DNA from: Eledone cirrhosa
Taxonomy: Eukaryota
Direction of reading: 5' to 3'
NCBI GenBank assembly: GCA_964016885.1
Contig: OZ024743.1
Location: 109,182,001 to 109,246,000 of the forward strand
DNA: 64,000 nt
In this document: in pieces, positions 12,755 to 25,305 of the stretch
Layout of the letters: each line of letters begins with the position of its first letter
Numbering within the stretch: position 1 is the stretch's first letter
The notes under the pieces: generated by a model
Database searches by the model: none
The model's input: only the letters and a program-made list of their open reading frames with translations
Told to the model about the DNA's origin: nothing
Made by a program: the position numbers and the translations under genes

Positions 12755-13174
12755 TTTAGGAGAGATGGTCTCCAATTTTAGAAGGATGCGTTGTTTTACG
12801 AGTTCGTTTCCCTAACTTGGCTGATAGGACATCTCTTCTATTTGTTATTAGGTGTAGGTAAAAAATTAAGCAAAACGAACATACCACGAGATTATATGTA
12901 CATGAGCATTTTAATCAGAGCAATAAACAAAACAGGTTATATCAGTTGCTCCTTGATTGGTAATTCGTAATTATCATTTCGTCGCGGTGTTCAAATATCC
13001 CGTGACTGCATGGTGTGATATCGCTGTTTCGCCACAGTGAAATGCGTCTGGTCGCCTCAAGAGACAAAGTCGAAGAGTGTCTATTCAGCTACTGACGCCA
13101 GTACGTGACGTCAGAACTAAGGGCAGTTAATCGACTGCCTCCAAAGTCAAAGCTAGGTGGCATGATATTCTACA
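12755..13174 (-). repeat. 5' LTR
   Basis: Matches 7682-8110 and begins TGTAG on the minus strand. Confidence 0.93.
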
Positions 13175-14159
13175 AACTGTTCAAATTGGTGACTTATTTA
13201 TTTGTTAATATATGCTCTATGATATATGTATGTATAAGTAGCAATGTCCGTAGGTATGAAAGAGGAAAATGGAAACCAGTGCTCAAATCGGAAGAGAAAT
13301 ATAATATCACTTAGGTTCATATACGGAAAAAACGTGTTATCCAAAGTTCATGGCAGACAATTTGACAATACCCCCAGGAGGCATCCAATTTGTGAACTTT
13401 CTCAGGCACTTATACGAGTTTATAAGATACCGTTTAAGTGAAAGCGTGCTAATTATTGTATTGTATATTGTATTAAGTGGTGGGATGTAATATACAGATG
13501 GTAATATGTATACGGTATGGAGTATAGTAGTGTATACAGTGTATTTTATTATGTGAGTGTGTAAAGAGTAATACAAATAAAACATATAACGGAAGTAGAG
13601 TAGCCCGTCATTCCATGTATGTGTCTCATCTACAGATACGTATTCATCATGATCCAAAGTAGTTTCTATGGAAGTTTACTCTATGGAGATATACGTAAGA
13701 GTGATATCAGTGAATTGTTGTGTACTTTAGTATACGCCTCTATACGCAAATATCGGGTGATTTCTATGAGTAAAACTCTCTGCTTCATACCAAAAACAAT
13801 GCCCTTTTGTGATGGCATAGATGTACGTTATAATTAGGTCACATTAAAGGAATGCATGAGACGATCAATAAAATCCAGACTACTTAAATTGTGACAGAAA
13901 CAGTTTTGATAGTATTACTATTTTCATTTTTTTTTTAAATTCCATTCTGAATCACTTATTCATGGGATGCAGGTTTCCAAAATCAAATACGTTTTTCTCT
14001 AGGATTTACTGTCGTAGAATCTTTCCGCGAAATGCGTACACACACATATACATTCACTCTCCAATATATAGTATAGAGTATATTTAGCAAAGAGTATATA
14101 TATATATATATATATATACTCCTGTCACATCACCTCTGATCCATCTATATTATTTTTAT

Positions 14160-14252
14160 AACTTTGCCTTTCATCTTTACGTGTTCGATAAAATAAAGTA
14201 CCAGTAATGCACTGGGTATTTGCTGGCCTTGTGCCAACAGTAGAAACGATTA
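14160..14252 (+). mobile_element. 5'-truncated SINE
   Basis: AACTTTGCCTTTCATC...GATAAAATAAAGTACCAG...GTAGAAACGATTAT. Confidence 0.8.
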
Positions 14253-14342
14253 TAAAAAAAAAACTGTATTGTTTTCATTCTAACACACGAATTTGATTTC
14301 TTTTACGCATACAGGTGTCTGTGTAGCTGTCTGCATATGTGC

Positions 14343-14451
<109 letters not shown>

Positions 14452-14554
14452 TTGAGTATGTGTTGGTTGTTTACCGACATATCAGTATGCAGGTTGGAGC
14501 ACTCGACGAAGTAAGCAGGTTGGTTTGTTTACTCCGGAGTAATGTAAAATAATT

Positions 14555-14820
14555 AAGTCAAACATGTTAAATTTGGCTTCGTTTATTATAAATGCTCTGC
14601 TATATATATTTCAGTGACAGCTATTATTTGCTGTGACTTCATCAGGCAATACAAATTAATGTAGAAAGGACAGGTGTAACACATTTCAACACCATGTTTA
14701 CCTGTCCTTTCTAAATTAATTCGTACTCCCTGATTAGATCACAGCAAATAATAGATATCACTGAAATATATATAGCAGAGCATTTATAATAAACGAAGCC
14801 AAATTTAACATGTTTGATTT
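14555..14820. repeat. Fold-back mini-element carrying hammerheads in both arms
   Basis: 14555-14680 is the reverse complement of about 14695-14820; lies between (TA)n tracts. Confidence 0.88.
14597..14649 (-). ncRNA. Type I hammerhead ribozyme
   Basis: Minus strand: TTGC CTGATGA AGTCACAGC-aaataata-GCTGTCACT GAAA T-ATAT-A TA^ GCAG. Stems I, II and III and an AUA triplet are present. The mirror copy at 14726-14778 has a degraded core (CTGATTA). Confidence 0.78.
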
Positions 14821-14824
14821 ACTT

Positions 14825-14927
<103 letters not shown>

Positions 14928-15079
14928 ATAATAACAGATTGACTTTGTTAGTTTCAGAAGATCCCGTTAAGGGTGAAAGCAGCGATTATTTGCTTAAACT
15001 TTAATCTGTTATTTTAATAAATATATATATATATAGAGAGAGTTATGAAACGAAAGGAGCTGTGTGATTATAAAAAAAC

Positions 15080-15408
15080 AAGGTTTAGAATGGTGGTTAG
15101 GACGGAACAGGAGGAGAAAGGAAGAAAGGAGTTTCCATCGTCAGCTGTAAATGTTTCCCTAACCGATATTTCGGCGCTGAATTACAGGACATCGGTGTCG
15201 CCCTGGTGCGCCCGAGGCCTTTTATTAATCAAAAGGCCTTCCTCCTGGCCTTTTGATTAATAAAAGGCCTCGGGCGCACCCGAAATACACCGATGTCCTC
15301 TAATTCAGCGCCGGAACATCGGTTCGGGAAACATTTACAGCTGACGATGGAAGAAACTCCTTTCTTCCTTTCACCTCCTGTTCCGTCCTAACCACCATTC
15401 TAAACCTT
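15080..15408. repeat. GC-rich palindrome (about 160-bp arms, about 8-nt spacer) in TA-rich flanks
   Basis: 15080-15238 is the reverse complement of 15247-15408. Confidence 0.9.
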
Positions 15409-15883
15409 ATATATATATATATAAATATATATATAATTCAATGTTAATAAATGGTCGGATTTTTTGCTTCGATCTTTGAGCTTATTCCACAGATGATATG
15501 CCCATGCTTCTGTTATCCTCAGACATGGCTTCTTTAATCTAATTTTGGGAGCGCGCGCGTGTGCGTGTGTGTTTATGTATGTAAGTATATGTAGGTATAT
15601 GTGTGTCTGTATATATATATATATGTATGTTTGTATGTTTATGTATGTGTGTGAGGGTGTATATACATATATATATATATGTGTGAATATTTGCATAGGT
15701 TTTGTTTTTACTACTTATCCTCTATTTGCATTGCTATTTATATTTTGATATCTTATGTATGGATATTGTTTTTTTTTATTTTAGACTATATTTTACCTTT
15801 ATTTTATTTTATATTTTTCTGGGATCGTATCCTTCTATGTTTTCTACGTACCCTCTGCCTCCATCTCACTACCATTATTATAT

Positions 15884-16560
15884 GGCGGCAGAATCGATAG
15901 AGAGTCGGACACCATGCTTTGAAGCATAGAGTTACGTCCCTTTACGGTCTGAGTTCAAATCCCGTCGAGGTTAACTTTGCCTTTCATCTTTACGGGGTTG
16001 ACATAATAAAGTACCAGTAATACACTGGTTAATTGCTGGCCTTGTGCCGAAAGTAGAAACAATTATTATATGGTGGAGGTTAACTTTGCCTATCATCCTT
16101 ACGGCTCGATAAAATAAAGTACTAGTAATACACTGGGTAATTGCTGGTCTTGTACCAAATGTAGAAACAATTATTGTATGGTGGATTGGCAGTATCGGTA
16201 GATAGTCGGACGTCATGCTTTTCAGCAAAGAGTTACGGCCCTTTATGGTCTGAGTTCAAATCCTGCCGAGGTTAACTTTGCTTTTCATCCTTACCGAGTC
16301 GATGAAATAAAGTACCAGTAATGCACTGTGATAATTCCTGGCCTTGTGCCAAAAATAGAAATAATTATTATATGGTGGATTTGCAGTATCTGTAAACCAT
16401 CAGACCCCATGCTTTGTAGCATAGTTATGGCTCTCTACGTTCCGAATTCAAATCCTGCCAAGGTTAACTTTGCCTTTCATCCTTACGGGGTCGATAAAAT
16501 AAGCACCAGTAATGCATTGGGGTAATATCTGGCATTGAGCCAAAAGTAGAAACGATTATT
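15884..16560 (+). mobile_element. Head-to-tail array of four SINE copies (second internally deleted)
   Basis: Units start at about 15884, 16070, 16179 and 16372. Each ends ...AGAAA(C/T)(A/G)ATTATT; B-box GAGTTCAAATCC. Confidence 0.9.
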
Positions 16561-17365
16561 ATATAATTCATCATTTATTTTCTTTACGCCATTGTATCGC
16601 CGTTAGGATTGTTTTTTTATTTTGTATCTTTATTCTTTTACACCTTTACTTTTCCTCACATCTGCATTCTTGTATTGCCTCATCTCCTTAATGCTTACTT
16701 TAAACAATATAGCAGCGGACATCCGGCAGACGGGTCGACATGCTTGGAAACGTACGACACATTGACCAGGGATGGCAATAATAGCCGCTAAATTATAGGA
16801 AGCCCCCATTTGTGATCTGACCGAAAAGAAACCAACAAGTGAATACGGAGACACACCACTATGATAGAATTTGTGGTAGCATATAAGAAGGAATCGGGAT
16901 AATATTCAAGCACACTCAGACGCGAGTCTAAATGTTAAAACATACGTGAGTAGATTCCGATTCCAGCAGAGTAAAGTTCGATCGTTCCTCGAGCTGATCG
17001 ACAATGAAACATATGTAATATGTAATTAAATGTGTATATGATGAAACACTGATTCTTTGTTCACATATATATATTAATACTATTGATACTTTTCTCCCCA
17101 AGAGTGTCGGGTGCTCTTTCGGCATACCGCCTATGGACACAATTAATTTACACCTTATTACGAGTGTGTGTGTGTGAACTTTTACGTTTTTGTGTGTCTT
17201 TACTGGACCTTTTTTCTGATTCTCCGCTGTGATGCTGTCTCTATTTTTTACTCGTGAAGAAGGGCTTAAGCCCGACTTATCGAATTTTCTTTCTTCTTTC
17301 CAATATAATGCGTGAAACTAATAAGACTTTTTCTTACCTCTGTTTGTTGTCACCTTGGACGATAT

Positions 17366-17576
<211 letters not shown>

Positions 17577-17704
17577 AAAGTTCTATTTAAAATTGTTGGG
17601 ATACAACAAGTAAATATTTTTATAACTGATATAAAGCACTCGACAAGTATTTGGAGTAGATATACGATATTAATAAATGGAAACTATATTTATAAAACCA
17701 TATT

Positions 17705-17769
17705 TATTTCATTATACATATTTCAGGGATACCAAATTAAATTATGGTATGCCTTCATCAGACAAAATA
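17705..17769 (-). ncRNA. Type I hammerhead ribozyme in the 3' pseudo-LTR
   Basis: Reverse complement of the 21643-21707 motif, in the sense orientation of the element. Confidence 0.8.
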
Positions 17770-18374
17770 CAATATATAACAGTTTTACAAATAAGCTTTG
17801 ACGTACCTTTTTAAAATGCAACCATTATTTTTGGAAGCGATCTGGATAGTGAGTTGTTTATATTATTTTAATAAGTCATAGTGTTAAAGACACTTAGAAA
17901 AAGACGGAGAGAAATAAAATGACGGAGAGAGAGAAAGAAAAAACGTGGAGAAATATCGGAGAGAGAGAAATGCATGGAGAAAAAAGAAAGAGATAAATAA
18001 AGACAGGAGGAAAGAATGAAAAAAGAAAAAAGGAAGAAATAAGAAAAACAGAGGAAAGCAACAGAGAGATATTAAGTCATCAGACAGATAGAAAAACTCA
18101 AGAGAGAGAAATATTATATAGAGAGAGGGGTAGATAATGAAAACTTTACGTCATGTCATATTAAGTTGAGTTAACAATTTATATGAAATGAATAATAAAA
18201 ATATAAATATTAATATTCATGAATGGGACATAAATATATAATATGAGAAATTAAACATTGTTTAATAATGACTATATGTTTAGTTTAAAACTTGAGATCA
18301 ATATACCAAAATTTGGGTTTAATCATCCAAAATGTACACATTGCTAGAGAAATCAGTATCTTAGGCAAAGACAC

Positions 18375-18414
<40 letters not shown>

Positions 18415-19189
18415 GCACGTCCTGAAAATAGAAATTATATTTACTCAAGTAAACAATATAGACATACGAAAAAACGCAGACGATTTCTCCTAATCACTGC
18501 TATACATTCCTTGTGTTATAAAAAGTTCACAGTATATATACATAAATATATACGATTAACATTCATGTCTTCATATATACGATTACCATTCATGCATTTA
18601 ACATTCTGCTAAAATTATGCATATCTGCAATCCAAACTGCGTGGTTACGCAACATATCTCTTACCCACACACATACATATACATATATATATATACACAT
18701 ATATATGTATAAATAAATATTTGCGTGCGTCTTCCCGCATCGCTCATGTATACATACAGACATATATACAATCATAAACAACCTATAACACTTTTATATG
18801 CATGTTAATACGCACATACACATTTGTATAGAGATAATCAAATATCAATATATTACTAAGGATTATACTTTGGAAATATAACTATAACAATATAAATTTA
18901 AAATACCAAAGTATTATATTTTGGAAATACAATTATATCAGTATAGTCAAAAGGACAAACGAATTCTAGAAATATCAAAGCATTAAATATCTTTAAAACA
19001 CTATAGAGTATCTTAAGTTAAAATAATATGTTTCATATATTTAGTATAGAAATTTATCCTACGTATATTTCAATCAAGATATTGAAAGGGTAGACTTATG
19101 AAAATTATGAGAAGCTATCAGAATCAAAACAAAACTAATAAAAATAAATAAAAATAAAATAAAAGTTAAATAAATAGTATATCAATATA

Positions 19190-19300
19190 ATTTAAAAATT
19201 AAAAAATTAAAAAATTAAAAAATTTAAAAATTTAAAAATTTAAAAATTTAAAAATTTAAAAATTTAAAAATTTAAAAATTTAAAAATTTAAAAATTTTTA
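19190..19300. repeat. (AAAATTTA)n 8-mer tandem repeat in the PLE 3' UTR
   Basis: Directly visible. Confidence 0.9.
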
Positions 19301-19589
19301 AAAAAGTTCAAAGAATTTAAAAGATTTAAAAAAACAAAAATTCTACAGATATCCTTATATTTAGTATAGAAATTTATCCTACGTATATTTTATTTAAGAC
19401 ATTGGAAGTATAGACATTTTAGAGTAGTTTATTATATCTATGTTTATATTTAGGAAGAAAGTTTAAAAAGAAAAAGGTGAAGGAATCTAATGATTTATCA
19501 ACAGGTTTCATATATTAACTAAATTACTTAATTAATTATACTACATTTTAAATTTATATTTATATTTAAACGTTGAGTTCAATCTATGT

Positions 19590-21480
19590 CTGCAGCAACT
19601 GAATAAATTGTTCCTTAAATTAAGGGAATTTTTGGACTTTAATATGAAGAATATTTCTTCAATACAAAGATCGCAATTTTCTGAAGCGGAATTAAAAGGA
19701 GTAGATTATGAAATAATATTCCAAGTCATCGAATATTTAACATTATCTCGTTTTAGGTACCATAGTAGGCTAGATAGCGAAGTTGAAGATTTTTTGTTTG
19801 GATCTGTGAAAGAATTTTTATGATTATTGTAGCGAAATTTAAATTCTGTGGAGGTAGAACCAACATAGTTAAATGAATTTAAATTAGTTTTAACATTACA
19901 ATTGTACACTACATTTTTAGCTAAGCAGTTGTTATTTAACGGACAGTTAGATTTATTTCTACAGTTACAGTTATTCAATTGAATATTGCTTGGGTTATTA
20001 TTGGTATTTTGGTTAGGTTTTAAATTTCTATTATTAATTCTATTAATATTTTGTGCTAAATTTTGGTGGACGAGTAATTTAATTTTATAGTGTGTCTATT
20101 AAAAATTGAGTAATATTTATGTGTTCTAGGGAAGCGTTTGTCAAGAGCATTAAAGAATAGTTTAGCAATAGGGGTTTTAATATTTAGTGAGAAGGGGGAG
20201 CAAACCATAATATATTTCTAGTTATATTTCTTTTTCGGCTTTTGGAATTATTGTAATGTTTTCTATTATAGTTGTTAAAGTTGTTACCATAATTAAAATT
20301 GTTATTATTTTGGTTAGTTTGCATATTATTATTATTATTATTATCAATGTATTTACTTTTATTTCTACATCCAGCTCTTCCTAACGCTTCGTTGTAATAC
20401 TGCGCTTTTTCATCAAATATATTTTTATTAGATGAAATTCTTGAAATTCGTTCTTGAACAGAGTTCACTATAGTATTTTTATCAGATCTGGGGTGATTAG
20501 AGTTAAAGTTGACATAATTCAAGTTCTCATTTAGTTTGTGAAATGGATAATGAAGACATGTGTTGAGATTTAGTGTTACGTCAAGCAAATTGACTATTTT
20601 ATGCTTATTCTCTATTTCTACTTTTAGATTAAGGTAATTAAAAAATTGTATAATTTGTTTTCTTTTTCTATTTAGTTGACAGCTATTATTTTGTATAAGT
20701 AAAAGCATGTCATCACGATATAAGCCTCCGGTTACACCTGGTATTTTTCTATGTAGCGAATTAATTATAAATAGGCCCACAAGGTCCGTTACCTGAGCTG
20801 AGTCTGATGATCCCATAGTTATGTCGAAATTATTATTTCTATCTGCCCTAATTCAGAGTTGGTTATTAAATTCTATCAATGTTTTCCTTGCCGATAATAT
20901 AATGTGCATTTCATTGCTAGTTAGGTCTGTATGTTTAAATGCGTAATTTAGTGCCTTATTAAGTAGATTAGGAGTGATAGATGAATAGTAGTTAGCAATA
21001 TCCAGCTGAATAAACTTATTATTATAGTTATATTTAATTTCTTTAAACCAATCGATAACCTCACTAGTCCCTTTCCATAAGTTTAAGTAAGATAAATTAG
21101 TTAAGTTTTTAATTTGTTGTATTACCCTGTCTAGAATATTTTTTGCTAAGTTTGCCCAGGTCAGATTTAGATGGTGCAATTAATCTGACTGGTAAATAAT
21201 TTTCAAAGTTTCTTTTGTGATCCTTCATATTGATCTTAGGTATCTAGGCATGAAGGGTTGTGTTTTATTCTCAATGTCTAATTCATGCATTATACAAGAT
21301 GCATCTGTATTCAGTTTTTCAAGTTCGTCCTTATTTGCTACCTTGTACTTTTTCCTTAGTTCTTTCAATATAAGATCGTTATAAATGTCCTTTTGTATTC
21401 CATAAAGATTATTAGTTTTGTCCGACTTCACTAGAATTTTCTCTGTTTTCTCCAAGTTTTCAATATTATCCTTAATACTT
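19590..21480 (-). pseudogene. PLE reverse transcriptase plus GIY-YIG endonuclease (frameshifted)
   Basis: VKSDKTNNLY; FIQLDIANYYSSI; MGSSDSAQVTDLVGL..GLYRDD; CNCRNKSNCPLNNNC..NVVYNC..YVGSTSTEFKFRYNNH. Confidence 0.9.
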
Positions 21481-21642
21481 CTTAGTATGTATTTTTCTTT
21501 CTCTCCGTCTTTTTCTAAGTGTCCTTAACACTATGACTTATTAAAATAATATAAACAACTCACTATCCAGATCGCTTCCAAAAATAATGGTTGCATTTTA
21601 AAAGGGTACGTCAAAGCTTATTTGTAAAACTGTTATATATTG

Positions 21643-21707
21643 TATTTTGTCTGATGAAGGCATACCATAATATAATTTGGTATCCCTGAAATATGTATAA
21701 TGAAATA
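21643..21707 (+). ncRNA. Type I hammerhead ribozyme in the inverted pseudo-LTR
   Basis: TATTTTGT CTGATGA AGGCATACCA-loop-TGGTATCCCT GAAA T-ATGT-A TA^ ATGAAATA: 8-bp stem I (two G-U), about 9-bp stem II, minimal stem III. Confidence 0.8.
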
Positions 21708-21746
21708 AATATGGTTTTATAAATATAGTTTCCATTTATTAATATC

Positions 21747-21824
<78 letters not shown>

Positions 21825-23020
21825 GTGCGTGTGTATATATATATACATTTGTAATATGTAATTAAATCTGTATATGTTGCAACACCAAACTTTGTTCCCT
21901 TGTGTATATTATATATATATACATATATAGATATGCTCATTCTGTGTAAGCTGTTGCCATACCAAATCTTCTTTGCATTCGTGTCATTTTATATTCGAAA
22001 CATGTACAGTGGTCTTCAATTGATTTACTTATTGCTTGTGTCTGTGCACGCTTACATGTGTGTGTGCGATTTATACTTACTCGGCCTTTTCTTCCCATCA
22101 GTGTAGGACGTGATACTTTCTAACCTCTTTCAGATTAAGCCACAACAAACAATACTGAAGAACAACTCCGGCTAATTTGATTTTTCATATATATGTGAAG
22201 GTATATCTATTTAAAGGGTTTGAGAAAAATGAAATCAAGCTGTCCTAGCCAGATTATTTATCAAAGTGAAACCTCTTCAGGGATGTATACATTTGCCAGG
22301 GTAACTCTATATAATAAACGTTCACGAAACTCGTTTAGCTTGTCCGTAACTTGGATGTACATGAATCAATTCAGATTGAGTAATAATTACATATAGGTAA
22401 GGTAGAAAGCATTTAACTGCTGATTGATTTAGGCATTTAATTCTAGTGTATTGGGCATTTCATTCTACAGGCGCTCTTCATTTTATAGATTTGAATACTG
22501 CAGATTTCTTTCAGTTTGAAGTGAGAGGGAGAGATAGAGAGCGGATGTAATAATGAACCATATTGGAAGAATTAGTCTCACTATTGGATGTTTATTTAAT
22601 TTATGGATATCGAACATATGTAAGACAATCGGGGAGTCAGTGGTATTTAATCTGAAAGGGGAGTGAGTCGGAAAAATACAGATGTATTTCTAATCAGACA
22701 TCTTAATGATTCTACAAAATCACCGCCTTCATTCGTTATATGTATCAGTGAAGCCAATACGCACTCTTGTTTTTTATATAATAGTAAAGGAAGTATTGCA
22801 GAGATAGAAAGCAGAGTGTCATAAGGCTCATATCATAACCAAAGCCGATAAAGTTCACAACAAATTTATAATAATTTGAATCATTTGTTGTAAAAATGTT
22901 GGTATCACATTTTACAAGAATAGAATATGAAAGACTATATGGCTGAGCAATTGTGTTGTTGCAAGCACATGGTATGTGGGTTTGTACCGCATGTACATTT
23001 ATACATATATGTGCGCTTGA

Positions 23021-23069
<49 letters not shown>

Positions 23070-23369
23070 CGTGTGTGTGTGTATAACTATACCTATATAT
23101 TTATATGTTTGTACTCATGTTTTTGGTTACGCTTACTGTTGGTTTATACTTTGTCTCGTGAATGGAGATCGATAAAATAAGTACCAGTCTTGAAATAAAT
23201 TACTGGATTTAATAAGATCGTTGAAGCTAACACGATCTTTACCCTTTCATCATAACAATGTTGTCGGAATTTAAGAGAATACATGAAACCGGACTGCCAC
23301 TAATTGATTTAATATTTTCTTTATCTAAACTCTCACGTCCATTTACAAATCGCAATAAATATATTTATG

Positions 23370-23460
23370 AACCCGTAACATGAAAGACGAATCTGACCTC
23401 CGCTGGTATTGAACTCAGTGAGCAGTGAGCCCTAATGACTCTTCCAATTTCCCGCCTTGA
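23370..23460 (-). mobile_element. Old SINE fragment
   Basis: Degenerate reverse complement of the SINE head and core (TGAAAG...GACCTC...TTGAACTCAG...CCGCC). Confidence 0.55.
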
Positions 23461-23512
<52 letters not shown>

Positions 23513-24949
23513 GACTATCATATACTGCAGATTAAGGTCATTCAATAAAAAAAAATGTCTTCCACTTCATATATGACGTGCTATTGAACTAAAATAATAA
23601 ATCAATAATATTGAATATGAAAAAGCTTTCTTATCTAATTAAGAAATATGCAGTCAGTCCTATATTCTCCGTCAATTCAACTATTCAATTCAACTATCAT
23701 CTCTGATGACTAAATCGAAAAGAAGAGATTCGTGCATTGTACAAAGATTCAACACAAATTCTTCAGAATAGAAAGAACTCACACACTCATTGCGACAATT
23801 CCTATTCGAAATGCCAATTAGTATGATCAAATGCAATTTCTATAGAATCAAATATAAATATTTCATCTTTGAAATCCATTGCTGCATTCTTAGTTCGACA
23901 AGAATGCAGCTGTCAAGTCAACTTGTTCTTTAAACAATAGATTATAACACGATTTATGGACGTCTATTGTCACTAATAAATTATTCGATATCTGTTGTTG
24001 TCTCTTATTAAATCGTCCTAAAATTGCATCTTTGTCTTGTTTACACCGTTTTTCTTTATATTTCATATATGTTCTTTTATATGTTTATTTTATTCTCATA
24101 GTTATTCTTTCTTCTTTTTTTCGATAATTCTGTCTACGCGTTATACAAGTTTTCAAGTTAACGTTATTGATTTTTCTGTTCATTTTCGCCAGTCACTTTT
24201 CTCATTTGAACATAAATTAAAAGGATTTATATTTAATTGTTATTTTTGTTTTCATATTCATTTCATGAATAAACTAAAAAAATAACGAAGATTTGTTTAG
24301 TTTAAAAGTAATTCGTTGATTCTGTGAAAACAAAACATTTGAAATTTACATTTAGCTGAATAATAATTAATATAATAATTCATTTTTTAGACAATCATAA
24401 AAACTCCAGACTCATTTGATCAGTCGGGAAATTGAAATTTTGATTTGGTGATATAAATGCATTTCTCAAGAGAATTAAAGACGATTTTTGTAACGATATT
24501 TATTTTCAAAATCTGAAATCACAACTGAACCATTTTATCATAGATGGGTTTTGATTTAATACAACGCCAAGGCTGAAGATGTCTTCATATGTGCCATATT
24601 TTTTTAATTTTATATTCCACTTGGTGACATAATCACAACAGGCGAAACACTGGTTCATTGAATTTTTTTATTTAAGAACGACAATGGTGTGAAGGAGAAT
24701 TTTCGCAAAGGAATTCATTCGATGAAATATAAAACATTTCTCTTTTCTAACATAATATTGGTTTCACGATACAAATTCATTCCTACTACCATTCTATAGG
24801 TATTTGGCTCCACCAGACACCCATTGTGATGAAAGGCATCAACAATTTTCATTCTTTTAAGGTTCTCTATTTGCTCCATTTTCTTATTTCAATTTTCAAT
24901 GTATATAAATGAGTCAAGAGATAGTATCGAAGAAGTTTAAAGTGCTACT

Positions 24950-25285
24950 GTTACTGTTAACAACAAAGTCTCTCCCAACGTACAAAAGGACGACTCTATG
25001 ACGTATGAGGGCGACGTGCGATGCCGTCAGATAGTGAAACATGGGTAGTGATTGCATAAGACATGCGTAGTCTGGACAAAAATGAAGCAACCATACTACG
25101 TTGGATGTGCAATGTAAGCAAGTTGAAGGAGCAGCTGAGTTTAAGAGGAATTCGAAGTAGTGTGTAGGAGAAAAGACTGCATTGGTTTGGACATATGATG
25201 AACATGGATAATGTTGATGGGCAGAGGGGTGAGAGCTGACCCCCAAATCGCGGAGTTTCACAGAGGATATGACGAAGACACGTTG
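24950..25285 (+). mobile_element. RTE-clade LINE 3' fragment
   Basis: Translates with stops to SETWVV..DMRSLDKNEATILRWMCNV..EKRLHWFGHM, the RTE C-terminal signature. Confidence 0.75.
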
Positions 25286-25305
25286 TGAACGTGTGCGTAT
25301 GTATG

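Larger units (their letters stand above)
7682..13174 (-). mobile_element. Full-length Gypsy LTR retrotransposon, CsRn1-like clade, coding region decayed
   Basis: LTRs at 7682-8110 and 12755-13174; 4-bp TSD AACT (7678-7681 and 13175-13178); PBS, PPT and domain order gag-PR-RT-RH-IN. Confidence 0.95.
17661..21750 (-). mobile_element. Penelope-like element (Nematis-like), 5'-truncated with inverted pseudo-LTR
   Basis: RT and GIY-YIG remnants at 19590-21480; 17661-17913 is an inverted copy of 21498-21750; the right end abuts (TA)n. Confidence 0.9.

Noticed and set aside
15884-16560. Array as CRISPR or tRNA gene cluster
   Set aside because: The units are dispersed SINE copies with no spacers, no cas genes and no full cloverleaf.
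17250-17285. GTGAAGA-AGGGC-ttaa-GCCC-GAC hammerhead-like relic (a similar weak one lies at about 16725-16760)
   Set aside because: Both core boxes are mutated and there is no stem I; too weak to call.
23698-23732. CTGATGA...CGAAA word
   Set aside because: There is no stem II or NUH/stem III, so it is probably chance.
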